From positions 1 through 61,500 of the IMG/VR virus record IMGVR_UViG_3300047509_000139: a stretch of 61,500 nucleotides of DNA. The stretch is one strand, 5' to 3'. Origin of the DNA: a virus (lineage: Duplodnaviria > Caudoviricetes). Under the pieces are notes generated by a model that saw nothing but the letters and a program-made list of their open reading frames with translations, made no database searches and was not told the origin of the DNA. Both the position numbers and the translations under genes were made by a program. Positions 1 through 8,774 of this stretch are shown in pieces (position 1 is the stretch's first letter; the number at the start of each line of letters is the position of its first letter).

Positions 1-17
1 CTTCCGGCGACAGGTAT

Positions 18-797
18 TCACGCGTTACTGGTTTTCCAGTCGCGCTTTTTGGGTTCCGGCTTCGGAAACGTGGGCGGCGCAGCGGGCCGACCTCCCGAAG
101 TTGTATGCGATTCCATCTCCGCCCGCTGAGCGTCGTCGATGAAGTCTACGTCAACCATCGCGCGCACGCCCTTGGTTCGATAGCCGGACGCGCGAAGGTT
201 TGAAGACGCAGCGGCAGCACGAAACATAGTCTGCTCGTGGCCGGCGGCGTAGTTCGCAATATTTCCGGGCGCTACTCCAAGCGAAGACCCTACCGCGTAG
301 CTATCGATGTTCGCGCCGAGGAAGCTGAACGTCCAACCTTCGGATTCCTTCTGCTTGATGAGCGCCTTGACGGTCTCCTTGGTAAACTCCGTCGAGGCGT
401 TCTCCATGCCGTCGGTGATCACCAGGACGATCACGCCGCGGCCGTTGGCGTCGGTCCTTCTAACGCATTCGCCGATCGCGTCGTAGAGCGGGGTGTTGCC
501 GCGCGGGACGTAGCCTTCGAGCGTCAATTCCGGCACGTCGGCGAGCGCCCGATTCTCGTAGCTAACCGTGAGTTCCGGGGTATTGACTGGAGCATCGAAC
601 TGGATCAGCGTCACGTCGTACGTTGAGTCCTTCTCCTGCTTCAGCCCGTTGATGTATTCGTTGTACCCAGAGATAGTACTGGCGCGGTTGCTGTTCATCG
701 AACCGGATCGGTCGAGGACCACGCTCACCAGTACCTTGCTGGTCTTGTCGTTTGGGATATTGCTCGGCGCTTCCGCGCCGGTTGTGGTTGTAGTCAT
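18..797 (-). CDS. von Willebrand factor A (vWA) domain protein
   Basis: MIDAS motifs VLDRSGSM, TPLYDAIG, ITDGMEN; TAAACT -10 lies 6 nt before the ATG. Confidence 0.9.
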   Translation of the reverse strand: MTTTTTGAEAPSNIPNDKTSKVLVSVVLDRSGSMNSNRASTISGYNEYINGLKQEKDSTYDVTLIQFDAPVNTPELTVSYENRALADVPELTLEGYVPRGNTPLYDAIGECVRRTDANGRGVIVLVITDGMENASTEFTKETVKALIKQKESEGWTFSFLGANIDSYAVGSSLGVAPGNIANYAAGHEQTMFRAAAASSNLRASGYRTKGVRAMVDVDFIDDAQRAEMESHTTSGGRPAAPPTFPKPEPKKRDWKTSNA

Positions 798-850
798 ATC
801 AATAGTTTACAACGATATGATAGGAAAGTAAAGTTATTTGTAGGAAGTAA

Positions 851-1072
851 TTACCGCTTCGCGTCTTTCACTCCGTACAGCCGCCTGATCTCGTTGCGCT
901 CGCCCTGGTTGATCGAGAGGTCGTGGATCGCTTGGGCCGTCTTGCGGCGGATCTCCTTCATCTCGTGGATCATAGCCTTGTGCCCGCCGAAGATTGCGCG
1001 GCTTGCGGCCTGAGCGATTTCGATGTCCGTAGGGATCGGCTCCTGGTTGTGCCTGTAGGGGCTTAGGGTCAC
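851..1072 (-). CDS. hypothetical protein
   Basis: Small ORF overlapping the stop of the upstream gene in a co-directional run. Confidence 0.45.
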   Translation of the reverse strand: MTLSPYRHNQEPIPTDIEIAQAASRAIFGGHKAMIHEMKEIRRKTAQAIHDLSINQGERNEIRRLYGVKDAKR

Positions 1073-1386
1073 AAATCTTTTGCCTCTTCGCCGATCGCAA
1101 CGTTTAGCAAGTTTTGAAGTTCAACGATTCTTGCGGTTGTTTCTTTGTACACCGACGCAAGGTCTTTCAGGCGATTGAGCCCACCCTTCGCGATCAGGTT
1201 GTCGAGCAACGTGTTAGCTTCTGCAAGGAGCGCGCCGTCGTTGCGAACGTCGATGCCTTGCGCTATCCGATGAAGCGCGAGAGGAAAGGCGTGAATCTCT
1301 GCCGACAGTTCTGCGGCCAGCCGGTTCTTTGTCGCCAATTCCACGGTCGTCTGCCCGATCTTGAATATATTCTGCGTATCGCTCAT
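1069..1386 (-). CDS. hypothetical helical protein
   Basis: Start/stop overlaps with both neighbours; protein-like composition. Confidence 0.65.
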   Translation of the reverse strand: MSDTQNIFKIGQTTVELATKNRLAAELSAEIHAFPLALHRIAQGIDVRNDGALLAEANTLLDNLIAKGGLNRLKDLASVYKETTARIVELQNLLNVAIGEEAKDL

Positions 1387-1847
1387 GTGATCTTTTCTTC
1401 CCTACACCGCATGCACAGCGCCTTGCCGTCCGCCAGCTTCAGGTCGCCGAACGTTTGAACGACGTGACCGCACTCCAGCGTACAGACGCTGCCGGCCTTG
1501 GTATTCGGGATTGATTCGCTCTTGATTATCCGCTTGTGAAACGGCGAGTTCCGGTCTTCCTTGCGCTCGCCTTCGATCCTCACTTCCACGGTTCGGTCTC
1601 CTTCCGCCGCCACGCGGAGCGTGTTGAGTTGCGGCACGATGTCGCAGTTGTCGCACGTCAACAGCGGGGCCTTGCCGTCTTCGAACGTGGACGTGCAGCA
1701 GAACTCGCAGGCCCAGTGACCGCACGAGCACAGCGTTAGTTCGACTTCCCGTGCTCCGTCGCACTCCGTTCGGACCGGGCACTTGCCGCGCTTCGTCTCC
1801 CACGGGACGGCGTTCACCTGAGCGTTGATCTCAGTTAGGTTTGCCAA
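1383..1847 (-). CDS. Cys-rich (zinc-binding) hypothetical protein
   Basis: Several CxxC/CGH motifs; GGAGG upstream of TTG start. Confidence 0.6.
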   Translation of the reverse strand: MANLTEINAQVNAVPWETKRGKCPVRTECDGAREVELTLCSCGHWACEFCCTSTFEDGKAPLLTCDNCDIVPQLNTLRVAAEGDRTVEVRIEGERKEDRNSPFHKRIIKSESIPNTKAGSVCTLECGHVVQTFGDLKLADGKALCMRCREEKIT

Positions 1848-1940
1848 CTTTCTCCTCCGCGATCTTCCGCAGCTGCGCAGCCTCTTCGCGGTGAAGACGA
1901 TTCAAAGCTTCGTCTGATAGGTTGTCAGCGCTAGCCATGA

Positions 1941-2228
1941 TTATTCCCGGGATTCCGCTCCAAACTCGACCGGGTCGTAGGTCTTGTGAAAGATCGCGTC
2001 CTTGACCGCGTGAAACTCGCCCTCCACCCCGCGAACTATCCAGCTGCCGACGACGGCTTCCATCTCGCCTTCCAGTGTGCAGATGATCAGCGTCCCATCT
2101 TCCGACGATGGCCGACGCCTGATGAACATGCTACCGTCCGGAACGTTCAGTTCGCGCCGAACTTCCGCGATGTTCTCACCGGTCCATTGAACCGCCTCGA
2201 CCATAACCGGCTTTTTGCGTACCTTCAT
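1941..2228 (-). CDS. conserved phage protein (RKKPV-vEAvQW...TLEG...GEF type)
   Basis: MKVRKKPVMVEAVQW and TLEGEMEAVVGSWIVRGVEGEF pattern; true start is internal to the listed ORF. Confidence 0.8.
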   Translation of the reverse strand: MKVRKKPVMVEAVQWTGENIAEVRRELNVPDGSMFIRRRPSSEDGTLIICTLEGEMEAVVGSWIVRGVEGEFHAVKDAIFHKTYDPVEFGAESRE

Positions 2229-2788
2229 GTAGTCCTTCCGAAGACCATGAACAGCACGGCAAGGCATACTACGACCGCCGCCGCGAGCATGTTGAGGAAT
2301 CCGGTGTTCAGCCCGGTCCCTGGATCGCTCGGGTCCGGCACCTCCGCTTGGAGCGCCCCATAGTGCTCCGTCCACGGGTTGCTGCCCTTGGTTACGTAGT
2401 CTACCATCGCGAACTCCTTCTCCGACCAGCGCTGGAGTTCGCCGTTGAGGTTGCCATGAATATTGTGACCCCACGTACCGATCAGGCAGTGCGTCGGCCA
2501 GATGCATAGCACGTACTTGCCTCCGTCCTTGAGCGCCTTGGTGTAGTCCAGCATCCGCGACCTGAAAGCCGGGTTGCGCGGCGTCCAGATCCCGGACTCC
2601 ACGTCGATCATCCTGTGGCTGTCCATCGTGACGTGTATATCGTCCAACTTGTGTCCTATGCGGTTTACCATCTTGGCTACGCGGTCCATGTCGGCGTTCG
2701 CCACGCTCACGGGCAGCGAAGAGTCCGGCAGGTCCATGAAGTCGTTCTGGGGGTCGATGACCACCAGGTGTACCTTGAGTTTTGCCAT
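2225..2788 (-). pseudogene. nicotinamidase/isochorismatase-family hydrolase, internally deleted and C-terminally truncated
   Basis: VIDPQNDF, DSH, WPTHC, KGSNPWTEHYG motifs present; C-terminal catalytic Cys segment replaced by a hydrophobic tail. Confidence 0.7.
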
Positions 2789-2830
2789 GGTTAGGTTGGT
2801 TGTTCCTTTCGACTGTTATTCTTGCTTCGT

Positions 2831-3103
2831 TCAGCTTCTCGGGGCCAAGAAGCAGTGAATCTTCCGCCCCTCCGTCCTCGTTGCCATCTTCCAGTCACCG
2901 TTTGGAAAGATCCGCGCACCGGCAGTCAGGAGTATCGACCGCACGTCCGGAACGTTTCTGTCTTTCGGACAGATCACAGTAAGCACGCCTCCCGGATCGA
3001 GCCGCTTTAGCTTGCCGCGAACTTCAGACCAGTCCGAGCGCGACCTCAGTGGCAGTTCCAAGAGGTCGCTCAGGTGCCGATTCTCCGTTCGGACCCTCTC
3101 CAC
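2831..3103 (-). CDS. hypothetical protein
   Basis: Co-directional ORF in the operon downstream of the TROVE gene. Confidence 0.6.
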   Translation of the reverse strand: MERVRTENRHLSDLLELPLRSRSDWSEVRGKLKRLDPGGVLTVICPKDRNVPDVRSILLTAGARIFPNGDWKMATRTEGRKIHCFLAPRS

Positions 3104-3112
3104 GATCTGGAC

Positions 3113-3442
3113 TTACCGGCCGGCTTTCGCCGTAGTAGACAGGCCGAGCTTCTTCTGAAGCGCTGTGATCTGGTTGGTAGCCTCGTTGCGCTTCTCAGCC
3201 GCGGTCTTGAGGCTGTCCACCGTCTGCTCCAGTTCGCGAAGCTTTGCCATGTCGGCCGCCCGGTTGCGCCGCGCGATCTCGGTCCGCAGCACGTCGGTGA
3301 CCTTTACGAGCCAGTCCGGTACATCTTGGCCGAGTTCTTCGTACTCGGACGCTAGGTTACGAGCGTAAGCCGACAAAGATACCGCCTCATCGTTGTCCAG
3401 CACGCGGTCTAGTTGCAGAGCCTTCAATGCTTGGATGTTCAC
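3113..3442 (-). CDS. coiled-coil hypothetical protein
   Basis: GTG start overlapping upstream TGA; heptad-like C-terminal half. Confidence 0.7.
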   Translation of the reverse strand: MNIQALKALQLDRVLDNDEAVSLSAYARNLASEYEELGQDVPDWLVKVTDVLRTEIARRNRAADMAKLRELEQTVDSLKTAAEKRNEATNQITALQKKLGLSTTAKAGR

Positions 3443-3624
3443 TTTGCTTTTCTCCTCTTCTTTCTCTTCGTGCTCCAACCGCTGGCTGATATATCCAGAG
3501 GCTCGATTGCTTCTACCTTCTTAGGCTTCCCGAGTTCCTCGTTGACGGCCTTCGCACGCAGAAACTTTTGATGACCGCTCACCCGCGCCGGGTGATAGGT
3601 TGAGCCCTTGACGTTGTGAGCCAT
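3439..3624 (-). CDS. small basic hypothetical protein
   Basis: Fills the gap with start/stop overlaps on both sides. Confidence 0.5.
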   Translation of the reverse strand: MAHNVKGSTYHPARVSGHQKFLRAKAVNEELGKPKKVEAIEPLDISASGWSTKRKKRRKAK

Positions 3625-4193
3625 CAGCGCGACCGTGATTTCACCTTCAAAGTTCTAAGCCGATCCAGATTCTCAAGCAACGACAGATTGCTATTGAGCC
3701 CAGCCCACGAAAGCCCCTTTGTACTTCGACGCGCATATTCTATAGAACCAATCCACCTCTCGTACGGCATGCTCCCGCGCGTCTTGTTGCAGTCCTTGCA
3801 GGCCGAGACAAGGTTCTCTTCTACCGTTGCTCCGCCGTCTTCCCAGAGAATAACGTGATCGACCGTAAGCGGGCCTTTTCGACCGCAGTACCGGCATCGG
3901 TACCCGTCGCGCTCGAAGACCTTCCACGCGACGATCTGGTCTATCTGCCGCTGGCTCTTGCGCAGGATAGCCTTGTTCGGTCCGGCGATGTCGAGAACGT
4001 CCGACTGGTTGAGAAACGCCGCCCACTCGGTTTCGTTCATCCGCAGCCAATCGAAGTGAGCAAGCGGGTCGAAGTCTTCGTCCGGAAACGGTACGATGAA
4101 AACCCGCCCGATTCCTCCGTAGACCGCTCCCACCAGCGTGATCCTGTTGCCCACGTCAAGCAGGTCGAGTTCCTTCAACGAAACAACGTTCAT
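3624..4193 (-). CDS. HNH endonuclease with extra N-terminal domain
   Basis: VFERDGYRCRYCG, TVDHV, NLVSACKDCNKTRG; ATGA overlap with TROVE stop. Confidence 0.9.
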   Translation of the reverse strand: MNVVSLKELDLLDVGNRITLVGAVYGGIGRVFIVPFPDEDFDPLAHFDWLRMNETEWAAFLNQSDVLDIAGPNKAILRKSQRQIDQIVAWKVFERDGYRCRYCGRKGPLTVDHVILWEDGGATVEENLVSACKDCNKTRGSMPYERWIGSIEYARRSTKGLSWAGLNSNLSLLENLDRLRTLKVKSRSR

Positions 4194-5788
4194 TGCGCGG
4201 CCACCGCAAACCCTGGAGCGAACACCTGATCGAGCGTCAGCAACGGACATGCCATGATCTGATCAACCATGCTAAACCGGTTGACCTTCATTTGTTGCAC
4301 TAAATTTGGGATCGAATAATAATCGACTTGACCCTGTGAGATATCAAACTTAGTAAGCGATACCGGCCCAAGCCCGTAACTGCCTCCGCTCAAGTCAGTT
4401 AGCCCACCGTTCATGTACTGCTCGAACCTGTCCGGACGGGCGTTCTCCTGCACCGCAAACCGCGGCTCGCAGTACGTCTGATAGAAGTAGACGGCCAGTT
4501 CCTTGTCGAACCGCTTCTTGTACTCGTGCCACCTGCCGACGAATACCGGGGCACGGTTCTCGCCGCCGTCGCCAACTATCACGACGCCGTCTATGTCGAA
4601 CTTGTTGGAGATCGCCCAGTCAAGCCCGACACCGTACGACGTTGCTCCGTCCGCCTTGACCCACTTAGTTCCTTGCTGGATCTTCTCTAGCGATAGTCCG
4701 GTTACTTCAGTACCGTGAGCGCCGGTATCGCAGAACACCAGCCACACGCGCCCGGTGACGAACTTTGCGATGGCCGCCGCAACGTGCTTTCCCAGTTCGA
4801 TGCCGACTTCTTGGGACTGGGACTTGTCCAAGATCACCAGCCAGTTTCCGTCGATCCCGCGGCCGGCGTCCTTCTTAGCCTGGATCTGCCGCTCTTGGAG
4901 CTCGCGCAGCATCGTCTTCAGGCTTTCGTCTTCGACTTCTTCGGCGGCTACTGAGGTCTTCAGCGTTGCCTTCTTACTGCCCGTAGCCTTCGACACCTTC
5001 TTGCGGAACGCTTCTTTCAGCCCAGCGTCTCTCGACAGCCCCTTGCGCTCCAAGCTCGCCGCCCGCGTCACGACCTCCGTGTCACTCATCTGGTCCATCG
5101 TCGCCTGAACCACGGCGGAGTCTTCCTGCTTCTTGCCGGAACCGGCCATCGCCCCGCTGACTACCAGCGGAGACAGATGCCACTTGCGGATCGTTGCGGC
5201 AGCCGACGCCGGGTCCATCCGCGACAGGTTCGCAATGTCAGCGAAGATGCTGCCGGGAGCATGGCCAAGCATAATCTTTTGCCCGTCCTCGGCCTTCCGG
5301 AAGCCCCAGAGCGTTCGAGAGACGAACTCCGGAGCCGGCATGCGGGTGAGCGAGTACAGCGCCTTGAGCGGCCTCCGATGGCGTACGGCGAGGCGCTCCC
5401 AATTTCCTGGTTCCGACTGCTTCGCTTCCAAGTACCGACGGATGATCTTCTCTAACGCGTGCTGCCGCCGCGCCTTCGTCCCGCGCTCCATCGAGTAGCG
5501 AAGGGCTTTCAGGAGTTCGCGTGGCGGCTGCAAGCAAAGATGCGCCAGGGAATTCTCAACCAACTCGTCCGGAAACTCCGCAGTGCCAGCCGATATGATA
5601 GGCAGCGCGACCTTCGAGTCCTTGACCTGTCCGTGCGTGAAGTCCCACGCGATCAGCCGCGCGACGAACTCCGGATCTGATGCGCACGCCGGACCAATGA
5701 TCGGCTCATACTCAGCATACTTTCCGTGAGAGGACCGGTGGACTTCCCCGATGATCTGTTCTCTGGTTAACCCTTGCTCTTGCGACAT
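4190..5788 (-). CDS. Ro60/Rsr-like TROVE + vWA protein
   Basis: About 530 aa; helical N-terminal region with DPEFVARLIAW; C-terminal vWA (ILDKSQS, GATS, VIVGDGGEN); adjacent tRNA-like RNAs. Confidence 0.75.
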   Translation of the reverse strand: MSQEQGLTREQIIGEVHRSSHGKYAEYEPIIGPACASDPEFVARLIAWDFTHGQVKDSKVALPIISAGTAEFPDELVENSLAHLCLQPPRELLKALRYSMERGTKARRQHALEKIIRRYLEAKQSEPGNWERLAVRHRRPLKALYSLTRMPAPEFVSRTLWGFRKAEDGQKIMLGHAPGSIFADIANLSRMDPASAAATIRKWHLSPLVVSGAMAGSGKKQEDSAVVQATMDQMSDTEVVTRAASLERKGLSRDAGLKEAFRKKVSKATGSKKATLKTSVAAEEVEDESLKTMLRELQERQIQAKKDAGRGIDGNWLVILDKSQSQEVGIELGKHVAAAIAKFVTGRVWLVFCDTGAHGTEVTGLSLEKIQQGTKWVKADGATSYGVGLDWAISNKFDIDGVVIVGDGGENRAPVFVGRWHEYKKRFDKELAVYFYQTYCEPRFAVQENARPDRFEQYMNGGLTDLSGGSYGLGPVSLTKFDISQGQVDYYSIPNLVQQMKVNRFSMVDQIMACPLLTLDQVFAPGFAVAAQ

Positions 5789-5796
5789 AAACTTTA

Positions 5797-5935
5797 GAGG
5801 CAGCATGTCAGTGGACGACTCCTGAAGAGTGATTGACTGTCACTTGCCTTAACCACTAGGCTACTCGGGCATAAGCAAGCGCCCGAGGTTGGATTCGAAC
5901 CAACGTATGCGTGTACGTCCGCTATTCTCTGCCTC
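5797..5935 (-). ncRNA. Y-RNA-like RNA A: T arm, closed acceptor, D arm, anticodon-like arm (GTC)
   Basis: GAGGCAG/CTGCCTC terminal stem; GTTGG-TTCGAAT-CCAAC; CTCGGGC/GCCCGAG; GCCT-AGTGGTTA-AGGC; AGTGA-CAGTCAA-TCACT. Confidence 0.85.
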
Positions 5936-5942
5936 AACTTGA

Positions 5943-6085
5943 AGGGCGGCATGTCGGTGGACAACTAGCGATTTGGCATCAATTGCTCTACCGTTGAGCT
6001 ATTCCCCCATAAGTGGAGGGGGGAATTCGGAGTCGAACCGAATACAGATTGATAAGTTGCGTGTACGTCCGCCAGTCACCGCCCT
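5943..6085 (-). ncRNA. Y-RNA-like RNA B with YrlA-type topology: T arm, closed acceptor, D arm, opened at the anticodon
   Basis: AGGGCGG/CCGCCCT terminal stem; TTCGG-TTCGACT-CCGAA; TTCCCCC/GGGGGAA; GCTC-AACGGTA-GAGC; ATCAAT/ATTGAT. Confidence 0.85.
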
Positions 6086-6092
6086 AACTTGA

Positions 6093-6219
6093 TCACGGAA
6101 TGTAGGTGCGCTTGTAAGCCATTGCTGGCCGCAACTGGAGTCGAACCAGTAACCTTCTGCTTGAAATACAGACGCTCTACCCAAGTGAACTATGCGTGTA
6201 AGCGCGCCAGTCGCCGGGA
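6093..6219 (-). ncRNA. Y-RNA-like RNA C: D, anticodon (TTC) and T arms in normal order, opened at the acceptor stem
   Basis: Same scaffold; GTTC-ACTTGGGTA-GAGC, TCTGT-ATTTCAA-GCAGA, ACTGG-TTCGACT-CCAGT. Confidence 0.8.
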
Positions 6220-6274
6220 AACCTTTTTGCTCCGCTAACACTACCGGAGCAGATACCATCAATACCGAAGTACC

Positions 6275-6303
6275 AATTTAAGCTATCCGCGAAGGAATTG
6301 CAA
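6275..6303 (-). promoter_or_regulatory. sigma70-type promoter for the Y-RNA/TROVE operon
   Basis: TTGCAA-17 nt-TAAATT. Confidence 0.65.
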
Positions 6304-6655
6304 CAGTTTTTTTCGGATTTCTTGCCGCTCCCAATCCTCTCGAATGGTACGCGACGAACTCGCGAATACCCGCAAACACCGTTCGCGTGTTCGGCGGGAG
6401 GCTTAGTGCCCGACCGTCGCGCGGCACCTTGCACACGTTGGCCCGGTAGATCGCCATGCCCGCACACTGCGGCCCGATCTTTGCATGGCACGGGTAGATC
6501 ACCTCGCCGTGGGCTTGCATGACGAACTCCATCGGAGTCTTGCCGCCGAGCCATCCCGGTATCGCGTCGCGACGGAACGGGCAGTCAGAGCACGGCGTCC
6601 GGTGCTGGACCTTTGACGGCTTCGCTTCGGCAGCGCAGATCAGCTTCCTCCTCAT
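6278..6655 (-). CDS. Cys-rich phage protein (PCxxCPFR type)
   Basis: PCSDCPFRRD, PCH, QCAG motifs. Confidence 0.7.
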   Translation of the reverse strand: MRRKLICAAEAKPSKVQHRTPCSDCPFRRDAIPGWLGGKTPMEFVMQAHGEVIYPCHAKIGPQCAGMAIYRANVCKVPRDGRALSLPPNTRTVFAGIREFVAYHSRGLGAARNPKKTVAIPSRIA

Positions 6656-7147
6656 GCAAGTATCGCCGACGCCGGAACGAGTCCTTCAATCAACTGACGG
6701 CAGTGTTCGCCCATCCAGTTGAATAGCAGAGAGTAACTCCCGCCGTTCTGCTTGCGACAATCGCCTAGGACTTCGGTCTTGCAGACTATCCCGAAGTACG
6801 AAACTCCTGGATCGGCCCACGTAATCTCGATGCCTTTTCCGGTCGCTGTATCGATCAGCCATGCATGCTCCATAGGTACGCGAATGTTCGATGGAACCGG
6901 CGTATCCTTCCACGTATCTATAGCGCCGGTTGCGACGCGCCACGCGGTAGCAGTTCATGAAGCACGCCTTGTTCTGCAAGCCGCCGCGCAATCTTGCCGG
7001 CATCTCTACGTTCGGAAACTCCCGCCCATGCGATAGCAGGAAATCAGGAGCGCCCGCATACTTCAATTCGCTCGTCCCTCGCATCTGCATGTTGAGCTTG
7101 AGCAGCATCTCAGCATAGTCCTTGGCTTCGTGATTCATCGCTTCCAC
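6652..7147 (-). pseudogene. frameshifted phage protein with transglutaminase/papain-like Cys-His motifs
   Basis: KACFMNC...YVEGYA in one frame and EHAWLID...ITW...YFGI in the next; break near 6880-6895. Confidence 0.65.
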
Positions 7148-7380
7148 CCCAACCTTTTCCTCTCAAGTGCAAATTCTTCGTCCGACATTATGTACTCGCA
7201 TGCTCCATCCAGATTCATCGGTAACCTGAACATATGCGGGCAGCACATATCCGACGGAACTTTGCCGCCAAGATATACCTTGTTGCGGCAGTCCGCAACG
7301 GAGCAATCCGGCCACCGAGCCAGTACGTCCGGAGGTATCCAGGAGAAGTCCCTCACTTGCGCCTCTTTGTTTTTGCCCAA
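7135..7380 (-). CDS. Cys-rich hypothetical protein
   Basis: CSVADC and CCPH motifs; co-directional. Confidence 0.5.
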   Translation of the reverse strand: MGKNKEAQVRDFSWIPPDVLARWPDCSVADCRNKVYLGGKVPSDMCCPHMFRLPMNLDGACEYIMSDEEFALERKRLGWKR

Positions 7381-7504
7381 CGCGCTGCAACCGCCTTCCG
7401 AGCGCGCCGCTTACGAGCCGCCGGAGTCATAGTCACCAAACAGCGCTTGCCGCCCTTACTCCCGGTCTTGCGGAAGAACTCCAAATCAAAGACTACCTGA
7501 CCAC

Positions 7505-7533
7505 TTGACATTTTCTTACCGCCTTAGTATACT
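7505..7533 (+). promoter_or_regulatory. near-consensus sigma70 promoter pointing against the flanking genes
   Basis: TTGACA-17 nt-TATACT. Confidence 0.75.
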
Positions 7534-7539
7534 TCCGCT

Positions 7540-7835
7540 TTGCAGTACGCAGTTCCGGCCATCTTCGGCGATCCTGGGATGGCATGGCAGCCGGAGTCAC
7601 AGTAGACATTTAAGCTGCCGAACCAGTTGATAGGAGCGTGTACGGGTAACCCAGCGGCGTATCGTCGTGAGCGGGGCGACCTCGGGTGATGTCCGAGGTT
7701 AAACAGCCTGCGGAGTCTTCCTAATGGGCAGGAAGAATCCAGAACCCGCGACACGCTCCTAACTTTAGATTCTACGCTATTCAACCTACGGGTTGCTAGG
7801 CGCAGGGCAATTGCTAAGAGCCCAAGGTAGAACTT
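7540..7835 (+). ncRNA. unidentified structured RNA
   Basis: No credible ORF; 11-bp stem 7631-7641/7751-7761 enclosing hairpins; further hairpins on both sides; follows the promoter. Confidence 0.5.
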
Positions 7836-7840
7836 TGCTT

Positions 7841-8176
7841 TCACGCTCGCTTCTCCCTCGGCCGCTTCGGACAGACCTCGAAATGTTGCTCTATCCCGTT
7901 CTTGCCGGTCTTCGAAAGCATAGCTCCGCACCCCCATCCGCATCGCATCAGCCGCTTCGGTTTCGGTCCGCTCCCCTCACGCGCTCCTCCGCGCGCCGGG
8001 CTCAACTGCTTCGCGCTCGAGATGAACAACTCTTTTGCTCCGTTCTCCACGTCTTCCGCCTTCCAGCCCACGCGGTTCTCGCGCCCTACGATCATCTCCA
8101 GGATCTTCACGCGCCGGACCTTGTCGCGCAGAGCAGCCTTGTAGGTTGCCCCTATCTTCACTTCGCTTGCTATCAT
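7841..8176 (-). CDS. hypothetical protein with C-terminal zinc finger
   Basis: CGWGC...HFEVC; GAGGAG upstream. Confidence 0.6.
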   Translation of the reverse strand: MIASEVKIGATYKAALRDKVRRVKILEMIVGRENRVGWKAEDVENGAKELFISSAKQLSPARGGAREGSGPKPKRLMRCGWGCGAMLSKTGKNGIEQHFEVCPKRPREKRA

Positions 8177-8668
8177 TGCTTCTCCTCACATACCGATAGC
8201 GTTCTTAGGTAGGTCTACATCTCGTCGCATTCTCCGGACTCGAATAGCGCCGTTGAGAACTCGGGGAACTCACGTCGGTACATCTTCAACAGATCTGGGC
8301 GCTGCTTAATAGCCGCTTCCGTATTGGCGATACGATCCGCCAATTTCAGGATGACTGCATTGACGCCGGCCGCCCTGATCTTCGGATAAGTCTTGATATG
8401 CCGCTCTTGGCGGTTTGCCCCAGGCTCATCGGTAACTGCTTTTTACCAGCGATACGGTGGCCGATGCGAATTCTCTTGCTAGTTCGGCTTCCGTAACGCT
8501 TGTATCTTCCAAAACATCATGAAGCCATGCCGCCTCAAGTACCGTCTGGGAGCGCACCTTGAACCTTACGAGTACGTCAACGACGTACTGGAGATGAGCA
8601 GAATACGGTTGCTCGACTCCGTACTTTTGATCTCCGTGGGCCTTGATCGCAAAGTCTTTAGCTTTCAT
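8173..8668 (-). pseudogene. HD-domain (p)ppGpp hydrolase-like protein (SpoT/Mesh1 family), frameshifted
   Basis: AHGDQKYG..PYSAH, LHDVLEDT; removing one base of the A5 run (8440-8444) restores VTDEPG...KLADRIAN; TAG at 8215-8217 may be premature. Confidence 0.8.
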
Positions 8669-8774
8669 CGTTGCTCCTCGGTAAACGACAACCAGAAGCG
8701 CGCGAGCAGGTTTCTCGTATGCTCTATATCGTCCGTATTCGCGACGGCTTCCAGAAAGGCGTACAGGCGCTCGA

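Noticed and set aside
5789-5806. Listed TROVE start at 5806 and ORF 5999-6262
   Set aside because: Both lie within the RNA units; ATG at 5788 just after the last unit is the more plausible start.
6145-6172. Selenocysteine/opal (TCA) anticodon in Y-like RNA C
   Set aside because: Loop ATTTCAA centres TTC; no tRNA-Sec long arms.
5797-6219. CRISPR array or ordinary tRNA genes
   Set aside because: Shared parts are paired ends of each unit with covarying stems, not identical direct repeats; no cas genes; tRNA arms are permuted or lack a free 7-bp acceptor with terminal CCA.
6228-6251. Intrinsic terminator ahead of the Y-like RNAs
   Set aside because: Hairpin TGCTCCG/CGGAGCA is followed by an A run on the transcribed strand, not a U tract.
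7524-7943. 139-aa minus-strand ORF
   Set aside because: Overlaps a better ORF and a promoter plus stem-rich region; composition is not protein-like.
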